Shown: positions 17,901 through 30,134 of the stretch, piece by piece
Position numbering within the stretch: the stretch's first letter is position 1
How the letters are laid out: every line of letters begins with the position of its first letter
Source of the DNA: the human T2T-CHM13v2.0 reference genome, Homo sapiens
Reading direction: 5' to 3' (one strand)
DNA length: 64,000 nucleotides
Assembly (NCBI RefSeq): GCF_009914755.1
Contig: NC_060939.1
Translations under genes and position numbers: made by a program
The notes under the pieces: model-generated
Databases searched by the model: none
What the model saw: only the letters and a program-made list of their open reading frames with translations
What the model was told of the DNA's origin: nothing

Positions 17901-18066
17901 GGTTGGTTCTGGACATTACACAGCATACGCAACTCACGAAGGCCGCTGGTTCCACTTCAATGACAGTACTGTAACACTGACTGACGAGGAGACTGTGGTG
18001 AAGGCGAAGGCCTACATCCTTTTCTACGTGGAACACCAGGCCAAAGCTGGATCGGATAAACTTTAA
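17901..18066 (+). CDS. USP3: USP3 terminal coding exon (VGSGHYTAYATHEGRWFHFNDSTV...AYILFYVEHQAKAGSDKL*)
   Basis: tttacag acceptor; catalytic His (GHY) and Asp (FND) motifs; TAA at 18064-18066. Confidence 0.97.
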
Positions 18067-18662
18067 TACCTCCTCCAAATCATCATTCACCAACCATACC
18101 AGAGAAACATTTCCAGTTTTCCACAAATACTTGATACAAGATTTAATTTCATTATGCACTTTTCAATTTCCTATTTTGGATTTAGTTTTGTCAATGGTAG
18201 TGACTTACTGAACATGGGCACCAACTAATTTTGTTGTTGTTCTACCAGAAAACCTCAGCAGATGTTTTGATTTGCTGCTTTAGTTGTAATAATTCAATTT
18301 TTATAGGTAGTTGTAAGAACTTAGTCTTATTTGACTTTTTTATTTTATGTTAATGTTTTCAGTTCTCACTTTGAGGCACATTTACATCAATGCTTTTGTT
18401 CCTCTCACATGCTGAAAGCAAGATGTGTTCCTTATTGTGAAGAGCGACACAACTGCCTGCTGCCTTTCCACAGCTATAATGGACATCAGGTTGACTCTAA
18501 ATCAAGGATCATGTGTGCACAATACTTGTGGCCCACAAAATTTCACAATGACTGCTGAGGAATCATTCTTTTTGCCTGTAAAATATAACAAAGGGCATCA
18601 TTAAGTAGACCAGGTAATTACTGCTTGTCTCTCAAGGCTGCTGTCTTTATCAGCACTAACTA

Positions 18663-18668
18663 AATAAA
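18663..18668 (+). terminator. USP3: USP3 proximal polyadenylation signal AATAAA
   Basis: AATAAA ~600 nt after the stop, followed by GU/U-rich downstream elements (ttgttggtt, ctttgttggttttttt). Confidence 0.75.
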
Positions 18669-19149
18669 TTTGTTGGTTCAGTTGTACTTGTCCTGCAAAT
18701 ACAAGAATTACTCTCTTTGTTGGTTTTTTTGGTTTTGGGGCATACTTGTTTGCGGGGAGGTAAGATGGGAGTAAAGACCAAATACATGTAATGTTTAAAA
18801 AAAATGCTGTGACTCACTGACATGGTATAGGTGTTACCAGTGAGGTAAAGCCATGGCGTCTGCCTCCTTTTGAATCAGTATCTCATTCCCCCTTAGTTGT
18901 ACCACTGGAAGTCACGACATGTCCATTATAGACTTACTTACTGCTTGTGTTTGGCATCTGAGTCTGAGGTGTGACCCTCTGGGATTTACTTGGATCATCA
19001 CCCGCACTTCAGTTTATCACTGGGGGGTGTGCTTCCACAGGAGGAAATTTAGAATCTTCGCTGCTCTGGGTTTTAACACCTCTCTCTGGCCTATCCTGAT
19101 TGATAGGACAAGTTGAAAATACTGTTGGAGTAAGTAAGTGGAGTTTTCG

Positions 19150-19460
19150 TTTTGTTTTTTGGGGGTTTTTGGAGACAAGAGTCTCTCTCTGTTGCCCAGG
19201 CTGGAGTGCAGTGGCACGATCTCAGCTCATTGCAACCTCGGCCTCCCGAGTAGCAATTCTCCTGCCTCAACCTCCTGAGTAGCTGGGATTACAGGTGCCC
19301 ACCACTACACCTGGCTAATTTTTTTTTTGTATTTTTAGTAAAGACGGGGGTTTACCATGTTGGCTAGGGTGGTCTCAACCTCCCTCCTGACCTCAGGTGA
19401 TCCGCCTGCCTCAGCCTCCCAAAGTGCTGAGATTACAGGCGTGAGCCATCACGCCCAGAC
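19150..19460 (-). mobile_element. Alu (AluS-like)
   Basis: Alu consensus match. Confidence 0.92.
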
Positions 19461-19687
19461 AGTTTTGTTTTTAAAAAACAGATTTAACTCAAAGATTCAA
19501 ATCTGGAACCAGAATCCCATTTAAAGAAAGCAGTTGTGGTTTCTACAAGTGTTCTAAGACAGTCCTGTGGTGGTTTTTTTTTTTCTTTTTTTTGGTTGGG
19601 GGCGGTGGGGGTTGGTAGACATAGCCTACCAATTCTCCACAAGGGACAAAATGTATCTTGTGTTAAGCCAACGAGACTTTCTGGCAA

Positions 19688-19993
<306 letters not shown>

Positions 19994-20433
19994 TGACCTT
20001 TTTTTTTTTTTAAGTTTATGATATAAAAACAGTCTGGTGGCTTTCCCTCAGGTTGGATATCTGAAGTTGTGGGAGCAGATGTAGCTCCATTTCCATTTTA
20101 ATATTAACTGGATAAATCCCACATCTTCCCAGAACACATCTGCTAAACACTTTAACATGACAAGGAGCAAATTACAATTATGTGTAAACTTATATCATCC
20201 AGTACAATGGCCCCTAGCCACATGTGACTGAAATTTAAATTAGAAACTCAGTGCCTTCAGTCACACTAGCCACATTTCAAGTGCTCAGCACCCACATACG
20301 GCGTAGGACAATGCTGGTCTAAATTTTCACTCCAAAGAATAAAACTTTGCCATCATGTTTAGGTCTTACAACTTTGAGTCCTAAAAGATAATAGGGAGAT
20401 GTGTGCTTAAATTAATTTACAATGCTAAATTAT

Positions 20434-20512
20434 ATTAGGTTAAACTGTATGAAACCCTGCTATTTGATGAGTTCTGATCTACAAAAATGACAGCTCCACC
20501 TGATCTGATGTA
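20434..20512. mobile_element. MADE2-like mariner MITE remnant
   Basis: tattaggttaaactgtatgaaa...ctacaaaaatgacag resembles recalled MADE2 consensus. Confidence 0.45.
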
Positions 20513-21851
20513 TCACACATTAACATCACATCTAATTCAACCTGAAATGTGAGTCTCCTTTGATCTTGCAAAGTATCTCCTATGAATCCGGGCTCTTTTG
20601 CTTAGAAGGTAGACAGCTGTAACCTCTAACATTGATACTTCGATCTTCAGTCTCTCTGAATGGGCAGCTGTTAAACAGTAAAGGCCTGGGCAGAGTTGAT
20701 GGTGAAAAAAAGCTGTATTTTTATACCAAATGGAACTTTAGCAACACGTTGGACTACTTTGTCGGGCAGAGTGGTCTTCAGACAGGTGATGCTGTTGGCT
20801 TAAGAGATGAACACGTCTTCTCTCTGAATTTGTTTTTATTGGTTGGTTTCACTTGAACAGAAACGTTTGAATGGTGTGAAGATTCTTTAGAAAAGTGATT
20901 GGATCCATCTCAATTGTGCACTTGAACAGCAGTGATGTAAATGTGCTTATTTGTGTTTTCATTTTTAACTGTGCAGCCTTACCACACCTATTTTGAAAGC
21001 TGATCTTTTGTCCTCTTCAGGGCTTTTCCCTTGTGCCATGTTGTCTCCAGCAATATATGTGGCTTCTGGCTCAGAGCTTCTGCTGAGGCAGGGCCTCGCG
21101 CTGAGTCACATGGCTCCTTGGAACAAGAAAACTTTCTCAGAAGTCCCCACACGGGTGGGTGACAGAAACAGTTTGTGGCAACACAAATCTCTCTCCATGG
21201 TGGAGAAACCTTTGCTTATCCACTGTATTCTACTCAGTGTATAGTGATGACAGATGTACTAGAATTAAACCAGTCAAGTGTACTGGCCCAGGGTGAGTGT
21301 TAAATGTGTATCTCGCCTGTGGAACCTACTCAGCAGCTTGGTTTCTGGGGTTGGGGGCATATTTATTTCTTAAAGCCAAACCTCTCCTTCATTGGTTTAG
21401 TGTACATAAGTCTATTTACATACACTTATCCCACTTTAATCTCCACCAGCCCCTAAACTCTCTCCTGTACCCTCTGTTGCTGAAGTGGCCTCTTCACCTG
21501 GGCCCTGGAAAAGCCGATGGAAAAAGTCTGTTCCTGCAGCCAAGGCCTGGGTCCCAGGTGACTAGGAGTAGCCATAGGAAGGTGAGGAAGGAGAAGTGGG
21601 CATGTGGTGTCATCTGTAGTCCAAGGTCTCTGCGTCTCGTCAGTGGGTGCAGTGCCTTCCCCCTCAGGTGTGAGCGTGATGGACTCTAGACTGCCTTCCA
21701 TGAGTGTTGGTCATGCTATGATGTCATCATTTGCCATTAAAACCCAGTTTGTATGATGCCAAGAGGATTAATTGTGCAAGTGACTGATTCATTTAAATTG
21801 TAATCACATCCCTTTTCTGCTTCACCAACCTGAACTGTTTTTAAAAATATC

Positions 21852-21857
21852 ATTAAA
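21852..21857 (+). terminator. USP3: Candidate distal USP3 polyA signal ATTAAA
   Basis: ATTAAA followed by U-rich tract (ctgttctctttccttttg); a second ATTAAA at 21736. Confidence 0.45.
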
Positions 21858-23869
21858 AGTCTGTTCTCTTTCCTTTTGACTTATTTCTGAACACCTTTTT
21901 TCAGTAGAGCCACATAAATGATGATGTACTTACTCAACTCGTGGGCCTCCTCAGTCAACAGGTAGCAAGCTCTTACAGAATCCCCACGATTTGGAGCTGC
22001 AGTACCTGGGCCAGGATGAAGTGACCTGTATGGGCAAAGTGATGGCCTGGAGATGAGTGCCTGCAGTCAGGTGCCTGAGGTCCCACTCGGCCTTGCCCAG
22101 TGAAATCACCCTCAGTCTCTTGTGACTATTGATCTTATAAAAATGAGGCCCCTTCCCTTCCCCTTTAGAGCTAGACTCTACCCTGAGGCACTAGTTTTGG
22201 GGCTCTGAGCAAAGGATACTGGTCATCTTTTAAGGTAAAACAGGCAAATAAGTGCTTTTAAATAAACATCCTGTTTACAGTAAGTTCCTATAGACTACTT
22301 CCCTGCCCCCATGCCTCCTGCAGACAGAACCCTGTTTCCACAGTCATCCTTTGCCTGTTCTTGTCAGTCTTCTAAAATTGAAGACACAGGTGCCTGCAGC
22401 TCAAATTGTTATGCATCCTTGTTCCGTAGGGCACATTCTTTTGGCAGCTGTGCTGGTCAGAGGCTGCGTGGTTGCTGTCACTGCTGCCAAACAGCATAGC
22501 TCTGGACAAGCCCAAAGGGGCAGAGCTTCGTCATCTCCTGGCTGTGCCTCAGACCCTCTGCAGCATGCAGGAGCACATTCCCCCTGGCCCTGGTAGTCTA
22601 GGATGCTTCCTGCAGCCTACCTGGAGGAACAGCAGAGGGGCAATGCTCTAAATGTTCTCCCTGCCAATCTTTTGCCATTCCAGCTGGGCTGCAGTAGTGC
22701 AACTTGGAAGCCATGCTGAAGCACAGTGACACTTACTCAGTGGAAGGCACAAGTACCACTCTGGCCTTGCAAGAAGTGGAAAGAACCACCTATTCCTAAG
22801 GGTCAAACCCTCTGAAAAGCATTGGTTTGAGGAGGATTGGGGAGGGAAAGTGGAGATAATGTGGCTTTCTAATAACACCACCTGTGGTTTTGCAGCATCC
22901 ATTTTAAGTGGAGAAGTACACCTAGACAGAGCCTAAATTAGGGTGTCAGCTATAATTCAGAACTACATTGATGAGCTTGAAATAGCAGCAGTATCTTGCT
23001 CCCCTTCCTTGGGAAATGCTTCCTTTCGACCTCCTTGGTTTGTTTTTAAGAGAACCCCCTACTGTACTTCATCTTGGCATGGTGGAGTAATGGAGGCACA
23101 GGGGCACCAGCTGAGGCTGGCTTCTCAGGAAAGCCACTGACAATGGCTACTTCCTTCTTTGCTTGACTGCCTTCTGCTTTAAAGGCAAAGCTGCACCAGC
23201 CCTGACCAAACCTTAGTTCCAGAAGTGGGTTCAGCATAGGCTGCTTCATTTGTGTCTATGGGAAAACACAAGGATTCCCATTCCCTCTTATTCCAAATGG
23301 GAGAACAAACAGAAGTAACCACTGAGGTGGTGGTCCCTGGGCTGGCAGAGGAAAAACCATTCTCTTCTCACTATTGCCTAGGCAGAACGTGGCCTATACA
23401 GCTGCACCATATCAGCATCCCCCAAGCAAACCAAAAAACAACGACTGGGATTCAAAGCAGGAGAGTTAAGGTTGGGTCCTGGGTTTGGGAGTGAAGCAGC
23501 ATGAGGAAACGGGTCTGCCATATCGTGAAGCCTCAGGTACTCAGGAAGGGGGAGCTTCACGGATAGTACCTCCAGGCACCTTGCCTAGAGTTGAGTCAGA
23601 GAGGGCAGGGGTGGCCCACTGGCTTCTCCAAGAGGGAACGGAGGGCACTCATAGAATGGATGGTGTGTGGTCAACTTAAAGGCAAAGATGGACTAAAATA
23701 CTGAACTTAAAATTGTTTCAAGCAGTTTCACATTAAGAGCTACCTCATCCATCCTGACATTTTGGGAAGTACAGGTTATACATAGTACAAGGCCTTATCA
23801 GTGAGAAAATGTAAAGCCAAGTAAATTTAAATTTAAAACACAGAAAGTACTGCTTGACCAAAACTACAA

Positions 23870-23890
23870 AAACAACAACAACAACAACAA
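23870..23890. repeat. (AAC)n microsatellite
   Basis: aacaacaacaacaacaacaa. Confidence 0.85.
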
Positions 23891-24079
23891 AGCACCAATA
23901 AAACATAAAACACAGACACACAACTTTGGAAAGCAGCTACTTCAGTAAAATTCTTTTATGAAACAACTCAGGGTAAAAATCTAGCTGTTGGGGAGGCCCA
24001 GGAAAATCCCCCTGCCTAGTGGCAGGCAGCAGGGCTTGAAGGCCAACCAGCCTAGCCTGGAAACAATTACTCTATGGCA

Positions 24080-24631
24080 CAAAAATAACAGGAATGAGGC
24101 AGCAGCCATGGACTCTGCTCACAACTCACAACCGTCACCCTTAGCTCTCCACACGCAACAGGTTTCTTCCTAGTAAGGGTGGAGCAAAAGATTCACACTG
24201 ATGTACTAGAAAATCAAAACAGTTAACATTTACAATTACACTCCTTCCCCCTAAGTACAGACTGCAAAGCCAGACAGAGCTGGCCTGGCCGCCACCACTG
24301 CCAATGAAAACGCCTTGGGAAAAGCCAAAAGTGCTCACTGCTAAACACCATTGTCAGCTAAAGGGAAAAAAAAAATCCCTTTTAAGGAAAGTAACTTCAA
24401 TAGGCTCCTTTTCTGCCAGGACCTCCAATCCCTCTGAACATAAGCCGAACCACAGACTGCCGCACATGTGTCTGGGTCCTGGCTTTTCTTCCCTCACCCC
24501 TCCGCAGAGCTTCAGCACCAGTTGTTAGCCAAAAATAAACACCATTCCTCAACCATATATGTCCACCGGCCCAGAGTCGGGGAGGAGGAGAGGAGGCAGG
24601 TCAGCCGTCCCCCGGCTGCAGCTGCACTCAC
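24080..24631 (+). promoter_or_regulatory. FBXL22: FBXL22 proximal promoter with muscle-type elements
   Basis: Perfect CArG CCTTTTAAGG 24378-24387; near-CArG 24169-24178 and 24553-24562; MCAT CATTCCT 24543-24549 and AGGAATG 24090-24096; MEF2-like CCAAAAATAA 24529-24538; E-boxes CAGTTG 24519, CAGCTG 24619. Confidence 0.6.
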
Positions 24632-24984
24632 ATGTGGCCACTGCTCACCATGCACATAACCCAGCTCAACCGGGAGTGCCTGCTGCACCTCTTCTCCTTC
24701 CTAGACAAGGACAGCAGGAAGAGCCTTGCCAGGACCTGCTCCCAGCTCCACGACGTGTTTGAGGACCCCGCACTCTGGTCCCTGCTGCACTTCCGTTCCC
24801 TCACTGAACTCCAGAAGGACAACTTCCTCCTGGGCCCGGCACTCCGCAGCCTCTCCATCTGCTGGCACTCCAGCCGCGTGCAGGTGTGCAGCATTGAGGA
24901 CTGGCTCAAGAGTGCCTTCCAGAGAAGCATCTGCAGCCGGCACGAGAGCCTGGTCAATGATTTCCTCCTCCGGGTGTGCGACAG
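24632..24984 (+). CDS. FBXL22: FBXL22 coding exon 1 (N-terminal F-box)
   Basis: [50 protein letters not shown]-box pattern; AG|gtagg donor at 24985; 353 nt, phase 2. Confidence 0.93.
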
Positions 24985-25568
24985 GTAGGCCACCTTGCCT
25001 CCTGAGCAGTGCTGGCCCCGCTAGCTCTGGCTTCCCTCTTGGGGGGCAGGGAAGAGCAAATTACGAGACCAAGATGGCTCCACCTTCGGGGCGCCTCAAA
25101 CTAGGCCCAAGGCAGACATCCAGACCGCCCAAAGCAGGGTCCCCAGGAGACAATAAAATCATGAGGGAAACAATTGCTAATCCTCCTCTTAGCCTCACAG
25201 GTCCTGGGCTGCTTCATGCAAACACCAAGAAGTGGGGCCTCCGTACTGGTAGTCATTAAGTGCTGGGTGGGTCCAGCTGGGCCTGGATTTTCAAGGTCAG
25301 GCTCTGGGAAAAGGCTTCCAGATGCAGCAATCAGCTCACCCCTCCATTAGGCCTAGCAAGCAGCCCTCAAGGCCTGGGAAACTACGGAGGAAAGAGAGGG
25401 TGGGGAGCCAGAGGTGGAGAAGCCAGGGTGCTCAGGTCAGCTGAGCCAAACCAGACTCCAGGAGTAGATGAATTACTGATTTACACAGTATTCCTAAGGA
25501 GGGTGGCTTAGCCTAATTTTTCAAATTAGCAAACTGATGCTCCACGAGGTGGTATGATTTGCCCAGTC

Positions 25569-25691
25569 TAGGGTTGCCAGATTTTAGCAAATATATAGGC
25601 TGCCCAGTTAAATATGAATTTCAGATAAACAGTGAATAATATTTTAGTGTAAGTATGTCCCAAATACATCTTGTGTTTATCTGCTAACCCC
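25569..25691. mobile_element. MER53-like hAT MITE, internally deleted
   Basis: tagggttgccagat...gcccagttaaatatgaatttcagataaac...aagtatgtccc...tatctgctaaccc. Confidence 0.75.
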
Positions 25692-27935
25692 CACCCCAGA
25701 CACAGACATAGACACTGAACCACCAGGCCAGGCTCCCTCCATGGTCCCAGCCTCATGGGCAGAGCGGCCCAGGCAAGAACACAGAGCTATTCAACCAGCC
25801 TCTCACTGAGCTTCTGCCAGTCCCGTGCTGCCTTTGAGGAAAAACACCCCCTTGATCATATAACAAACTGGCCCTGGCTGTTCATGGAAAACTAGACTCA
25901 GCCAGTTTACTGCCACCCAAGTTCATAGCTGCTATTTGCTGGCAGCACGACAGGAGTGGAAGGAAACAGCGTAGTGACCCCACCTTTCTTTTGAGCTGGT
26001 AGGAAGAAAACAGAAGATGGACTTGGGGCTGGGCCCCGACTGGACAAGGCTATTTTGATGGGCTTAACAAGGCCCAGGAATTAGACTAGAGTGACATGGG
26101 TGGGGGTTGGGGGGAGGCGAATGGCACAACATGTCCTGAAGTTGTTCCATTCTTACTGTAAGAGAACCGAGCTTAATGCCCCAAACCTGCAAGGTGTGAA
26201 GTGGACCTCCCAGGCCACTGTACTGATCAAGCAAGGGGCCCTGCTGTCACATAAAGAGCAAAGGGCTTTGCTGTCAGCACTCTGCTGAGCCGCTCAGCTC
26301 GTCCAACCATGTGACCCCAGCTCAAATACTTCAAACTCTTGCAACCTCATTTCTTCTTCTATAAAATGTGCTAAATTTTTCTTATCCAACAGGGTAAGAG
26401 GATTAAATGACACAGTGGCACCTGGCACATAGTAGGTACTGATGAACGTCTACTGAATCTGGTTCTTCTGGCACTCAGCTCAGGTCGGGAGGAATGGCTG
26501 AGGATGGCTGGGCAGGGGGACAGTCCGCTCTTTGTTTTTTCCCTGTATCAGAATTATTCCAAAGATTCTTAGAAGAAAAGATCACCCAACACCTTTGAGG
26601 CTTAAACACCTAATCCTTATAACCACCTTGAAGGTAACAATTCCTCCCACTTGACAAATGAGGAAGTGACGCCCAGCAAGGTTCAGACATCTGTCCTGGG
26701 TCTGACAGCAAATAAGTCACCAGCCAGTCACCTGAGCTGCCGGAGCCAGTTTCTTCATGTACAAAACTGGGGGTGCAGAGGTTGACGGGGTGACTAATGA
26801 GGGCACACAAACCTGAAGGAGGCCCGGGCTCGGTGTGACACCTGGCTGCACCCAACATATTTAAGTTCCTTACTTCCCTCCCCTGGCACAAAGGAGCCGA
26901 GCTGGCACAGCCAGGGGCAGTCACGGAGCTGCGGGGGAGGCTGGCAGGGAAAGGGAAACGCTTCCCCAGCCCAGACTCTAGCTCCCTCTGGCTGCGGGGA
27001 GCCAAGGCCCCGGCCCATTAGTCGGTCCTTCTGGACTGGAAGCAGGCTGGTCCCGTTTGTTTCCAGGGAAAGCGGGTTAGGACTGCCTGTGGAAGGCCCC
27101 GTTGCAGGCTCCTCACAACCCCAGTGGTAGACATTATTCCCCCCACGCAGAGGAAATGAAGGCTCCGTGAGTGACTGACACGGCGATAAACCAAGTCTAA
27201 CTTGGCTCAAGATCTTTTCTTTGCTGGGAGGGGCTGGTGAGGCTGCAGCAGAGGGTCCCCCAAGCTTTCTGGCCAAGCGACCTGGGTGGGTGTCCGTGAC
27301 TGTACCTGCTCAGGGCTTGCCTCTAGCTGCCTCCGAACCCTACCCTTTTCCAGGCTGGTGGCCCAGGGGATGCAGGAACAGCTCTAGTCTACTAAGCTGA
27401 ACCCGGACTCAATGCTAACGCGTGCCCCCACCGCCTTGAGGGTTGGGATGGGCCTGTCACTAGGCCACCTCCAAGGAAACAAATCCCTCTTCCCACTCAC
27501 GTCCCGCCGGGACATTCAGGGGCCTCAGCTTGAAGCTAGACTGGAGCAATCGCCAAGCACCGCTCCCCTGCAAGGCAGCACATCCAGAGCGAAACAAAGA
27601 GTCAAGGGTTGTGGCTCCTGGAACCGGCATTCCCTCTGTCCACAGCCGCCCCAGGACTCTGCTGGGCCGGGGTCGGGGCTTCCCACTAGGGGCTCCCAAG
27701 GCTACGAGCCAAGAACCCACGCAGATGAAGGTACGGTGGGGTGCAGGGGCAGAAAGAGGAGGGAAAATGGGCCGGCCAGAAAGCCGACTTGGAACCCTGC
27801 AGTGTCATCGCAGCCAAGTGTCTTCACCTCGCAGGGCCCGAGTCCTCCTCGGTAAATGAGTCCACTCGGTCCCATGGGGCGGTTGGGTAGCTTTAACAAG
27901 CCAGTGAGCCCCGGGTCACCGCACTCTCCTCACAG

Positions 27936-28278
27936 GTGCCCCAACCTGGCATCCGTCACGCTCTCGGGCTGCGGCCACGTTACCGACGACTGCCTGGCGC
28001 GCCTGCTGCGCTGCTGCCCACGCCTGCGCGCACTGCGCCTGGAGAACTGCGCGCGCGTCACCAACCGCACGTTGGCTGCCGTGGCGGCGGACGGGCGCGC
28101 GCTGCAGACATTGCACGTGGACTTCTGCCGCAACGTGAGCGCGGCCGGCCTGCGCCGCCTGCGCGCCGCGTGCCCGCGCCTGGCCCTGCGGGCAGAGCAC
28201 AGCGCCGCCATGCTGCCCGACCAGCCCCCGCGCCCGCGCGCGCCCGCCGCGGCCCTCGGCAAGCTGCTGCAGCGCTAG
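27936..28278 (+). CDS. FBXL22: FBXL22 terminal exon A (cysteine-containing LRRs), giving a 231-aa protein
   Basis: ctctcctcacag acceptor, in phase with exon 1; [17 protein letters not shown] / [17 protein letters not shown] / [13 protein letters not shown] are LRR_CC repeats; TAG at 28276-28278. Confidence 0.92.
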
Positions 28279-28369
28279 ACGCCGCCCCGCCGCTGCCCCC
28301 GGGGAAGGAGCGCAGCCCCAGACCGTCCTGGCTTCGAACCCAGCTCTTCCACCTTCAGACCACCACCGC

Positions 28370-28495
28370 ATATTCTGAGCCTCATTTTCCCCGTCTGCAC
28401 AGTGGGGATAAGAAAGCCTACCTCACGTTACGATTTTATACATAGGATAAACGCAAGATTAAATGGATATTTGGAAAACACTCGGCTGGTTCTCA
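28370..28495 (+). mobile_element. MIR remnant between the two FBXL22 terminal exons
   Basis: MIR core ctgagcctcattttccccgtctgcacagtggggataa...cctacctca...gattaaatg. Confidence 0.7.
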
Positions 28496-28534
28496 CTCAA
28501 CACCACCGCCTTTCCCCTCTTGCTTCCGCCCCAG

Positions 28535-28925
28535 GCTTTCTGCTGTGCGCTCCCCACGGAGGCGGGAGGCGCCTGCACCGTCCTCGGGGACTCCGATCGC
28601 CGTTGGACCGAAATCACCTCGGTGGGGAGGACCTGACCACTCGGAGTTCGCCGACTTGCGCTCGGGGGTGACGGGGGCCAGGGCTGCCGCGCGCAGGGGT
28701 CTGGGGAGCCTCCGGGCGGAGCGACCCAGCGAGACCCCGCCGGCTCCCGGAGTGTCCTGGGGACCGCCACCTCCAGGAGCCCCGGTGGTGATCTCGGTGA
28801 AGCAGGAGGAGGGGAAGCAGGGGCGCACGGGCAGAAGGAGCCACCGAGCCGCTCCTCCTTGCGGTTTTGCCCGCACGCGCGTCTGCCCGCCCACCTTTCC
28901 TGGGGCGGATGCGTTCCCGCAGTGA
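28535..28925 (+). CDS. FBXL22: FBXL22 alternative terminal exon B (LRR-less, Pro/Arg/Gly-rich), giving a 247-aa protein
   Basis: Long pyrimidine tract + cag at 28532-28534; in phase with exon 1 (DR|LSAVRSPRRREAP...ADAFPQ*); matches my recollection of a catalogued 247-aa FBXL22 sequence. Confidence 0.7.
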
Positions 28926-29538
28926 CCGCACTCGCGATTGTAGAAAATTCGCTCCCAATTGTTGAATGCTTACATAAACTGCATAGTTACCCATATTTTC
29001 TACTGTTCTCATAAGGGAAAAAGAAATGATTTGGAAGAAAAAAAAAGCCTCAAACTAAACAAAAACAAAACCAGCAGCCCTGGCTAAGCTTTTGATAATG
29101 GAACCATTATAAGCTGACAAGCTAGATTTTTCACCTGTTGGATTTGCTGGACATGAGCACAAGCCTAGGCTTCCAATTTGAATTTCAGGGCTGTAGTCAC
29201 TGATGTGTCACATTTAGTGAAGGCTCTCGGCCCCCCGGCAGCCGCCTGGTCCTGGGTCACTGGGGAGAATTCTGGGTGGGTGGAAGAGGCGAGGAGCACT
29301 GTGATGGGCGCTGTTCACACTCCGGCTCCACCCAGCGCCAGCTGCGACAAAGCCCTTTACCCCTCCCAGGCCAGGTGTTTCTTCTGTGTGAAAGAGGAGC
29401 TTGATCCCTACTCACAGGTTCCTTAATTCATTGCTCAAAGAGGGAAACAGCAAGGAAAAAGACAAATTCTGTTCTCATGAAGCTTACCTTCTAGTGGGGG
29501 AAGAGACAACAGGTAACTGGTATATAAGAGGGTAGAAG

Positions 29539-29849
<311 letters not shown>

Positions 29850-30134
29850 TGGTAGAAAGTATTTGGAAAAAAGTGCAGGCTGTAACAAGGGCTATTAGGG
29901 ATTGCTGGCAAGAGATTGGGGGGTGAAGCCTCTGAGAAAGGGTTGACCAATGTAAGCCTCACTGAGAAGATGACATCTGAGGCATGAAGTGAGGCAGGGG
30001 GCATAGATACTCCTGGCAGAGGAACAGTCAGTGCAGAGGCCGCGGACTACAGGCATGGCTCATGTGCAAGGAGATCAGAGTGGCTGGAGCAGAGTGAATG
30101 AGGAGGGAAGCTGAGTAGCAGGTATCTGAGAAGC

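Larger units (their letters stand above)
27830..28940. promoter_or_regulatory. CpG island over the FBXL22 3' exons; candidate promoter of an antisense lncRNA (USP3-AS1-like)
   Basis: Visibly very GC- and CpG-rich (runs of cgcg/gcgc) against an AT-rich background; GC box ggggcgg near 28902; antisense-promoter role is recollection/inference. Confidence 0.65.

Noticed and set aside
21100-21109. AP-1/ARE-like GCTGAGTCAC, plus GTGACTCAGC near 32453
   Set aside because: Isolated short motifs; cannot be supported without chromatin data
27916-29012. Several 100-170 aa ORFs on both strands over the CpG island (e.g. 27916..28371 -, 27936..28445 +, 28493..28894 -)
   Set aside because: Expected from stop-codon scarcity in GC-rich DNA; no domain signal; only the two frames in phase with FBXL22 exon 1 are supported
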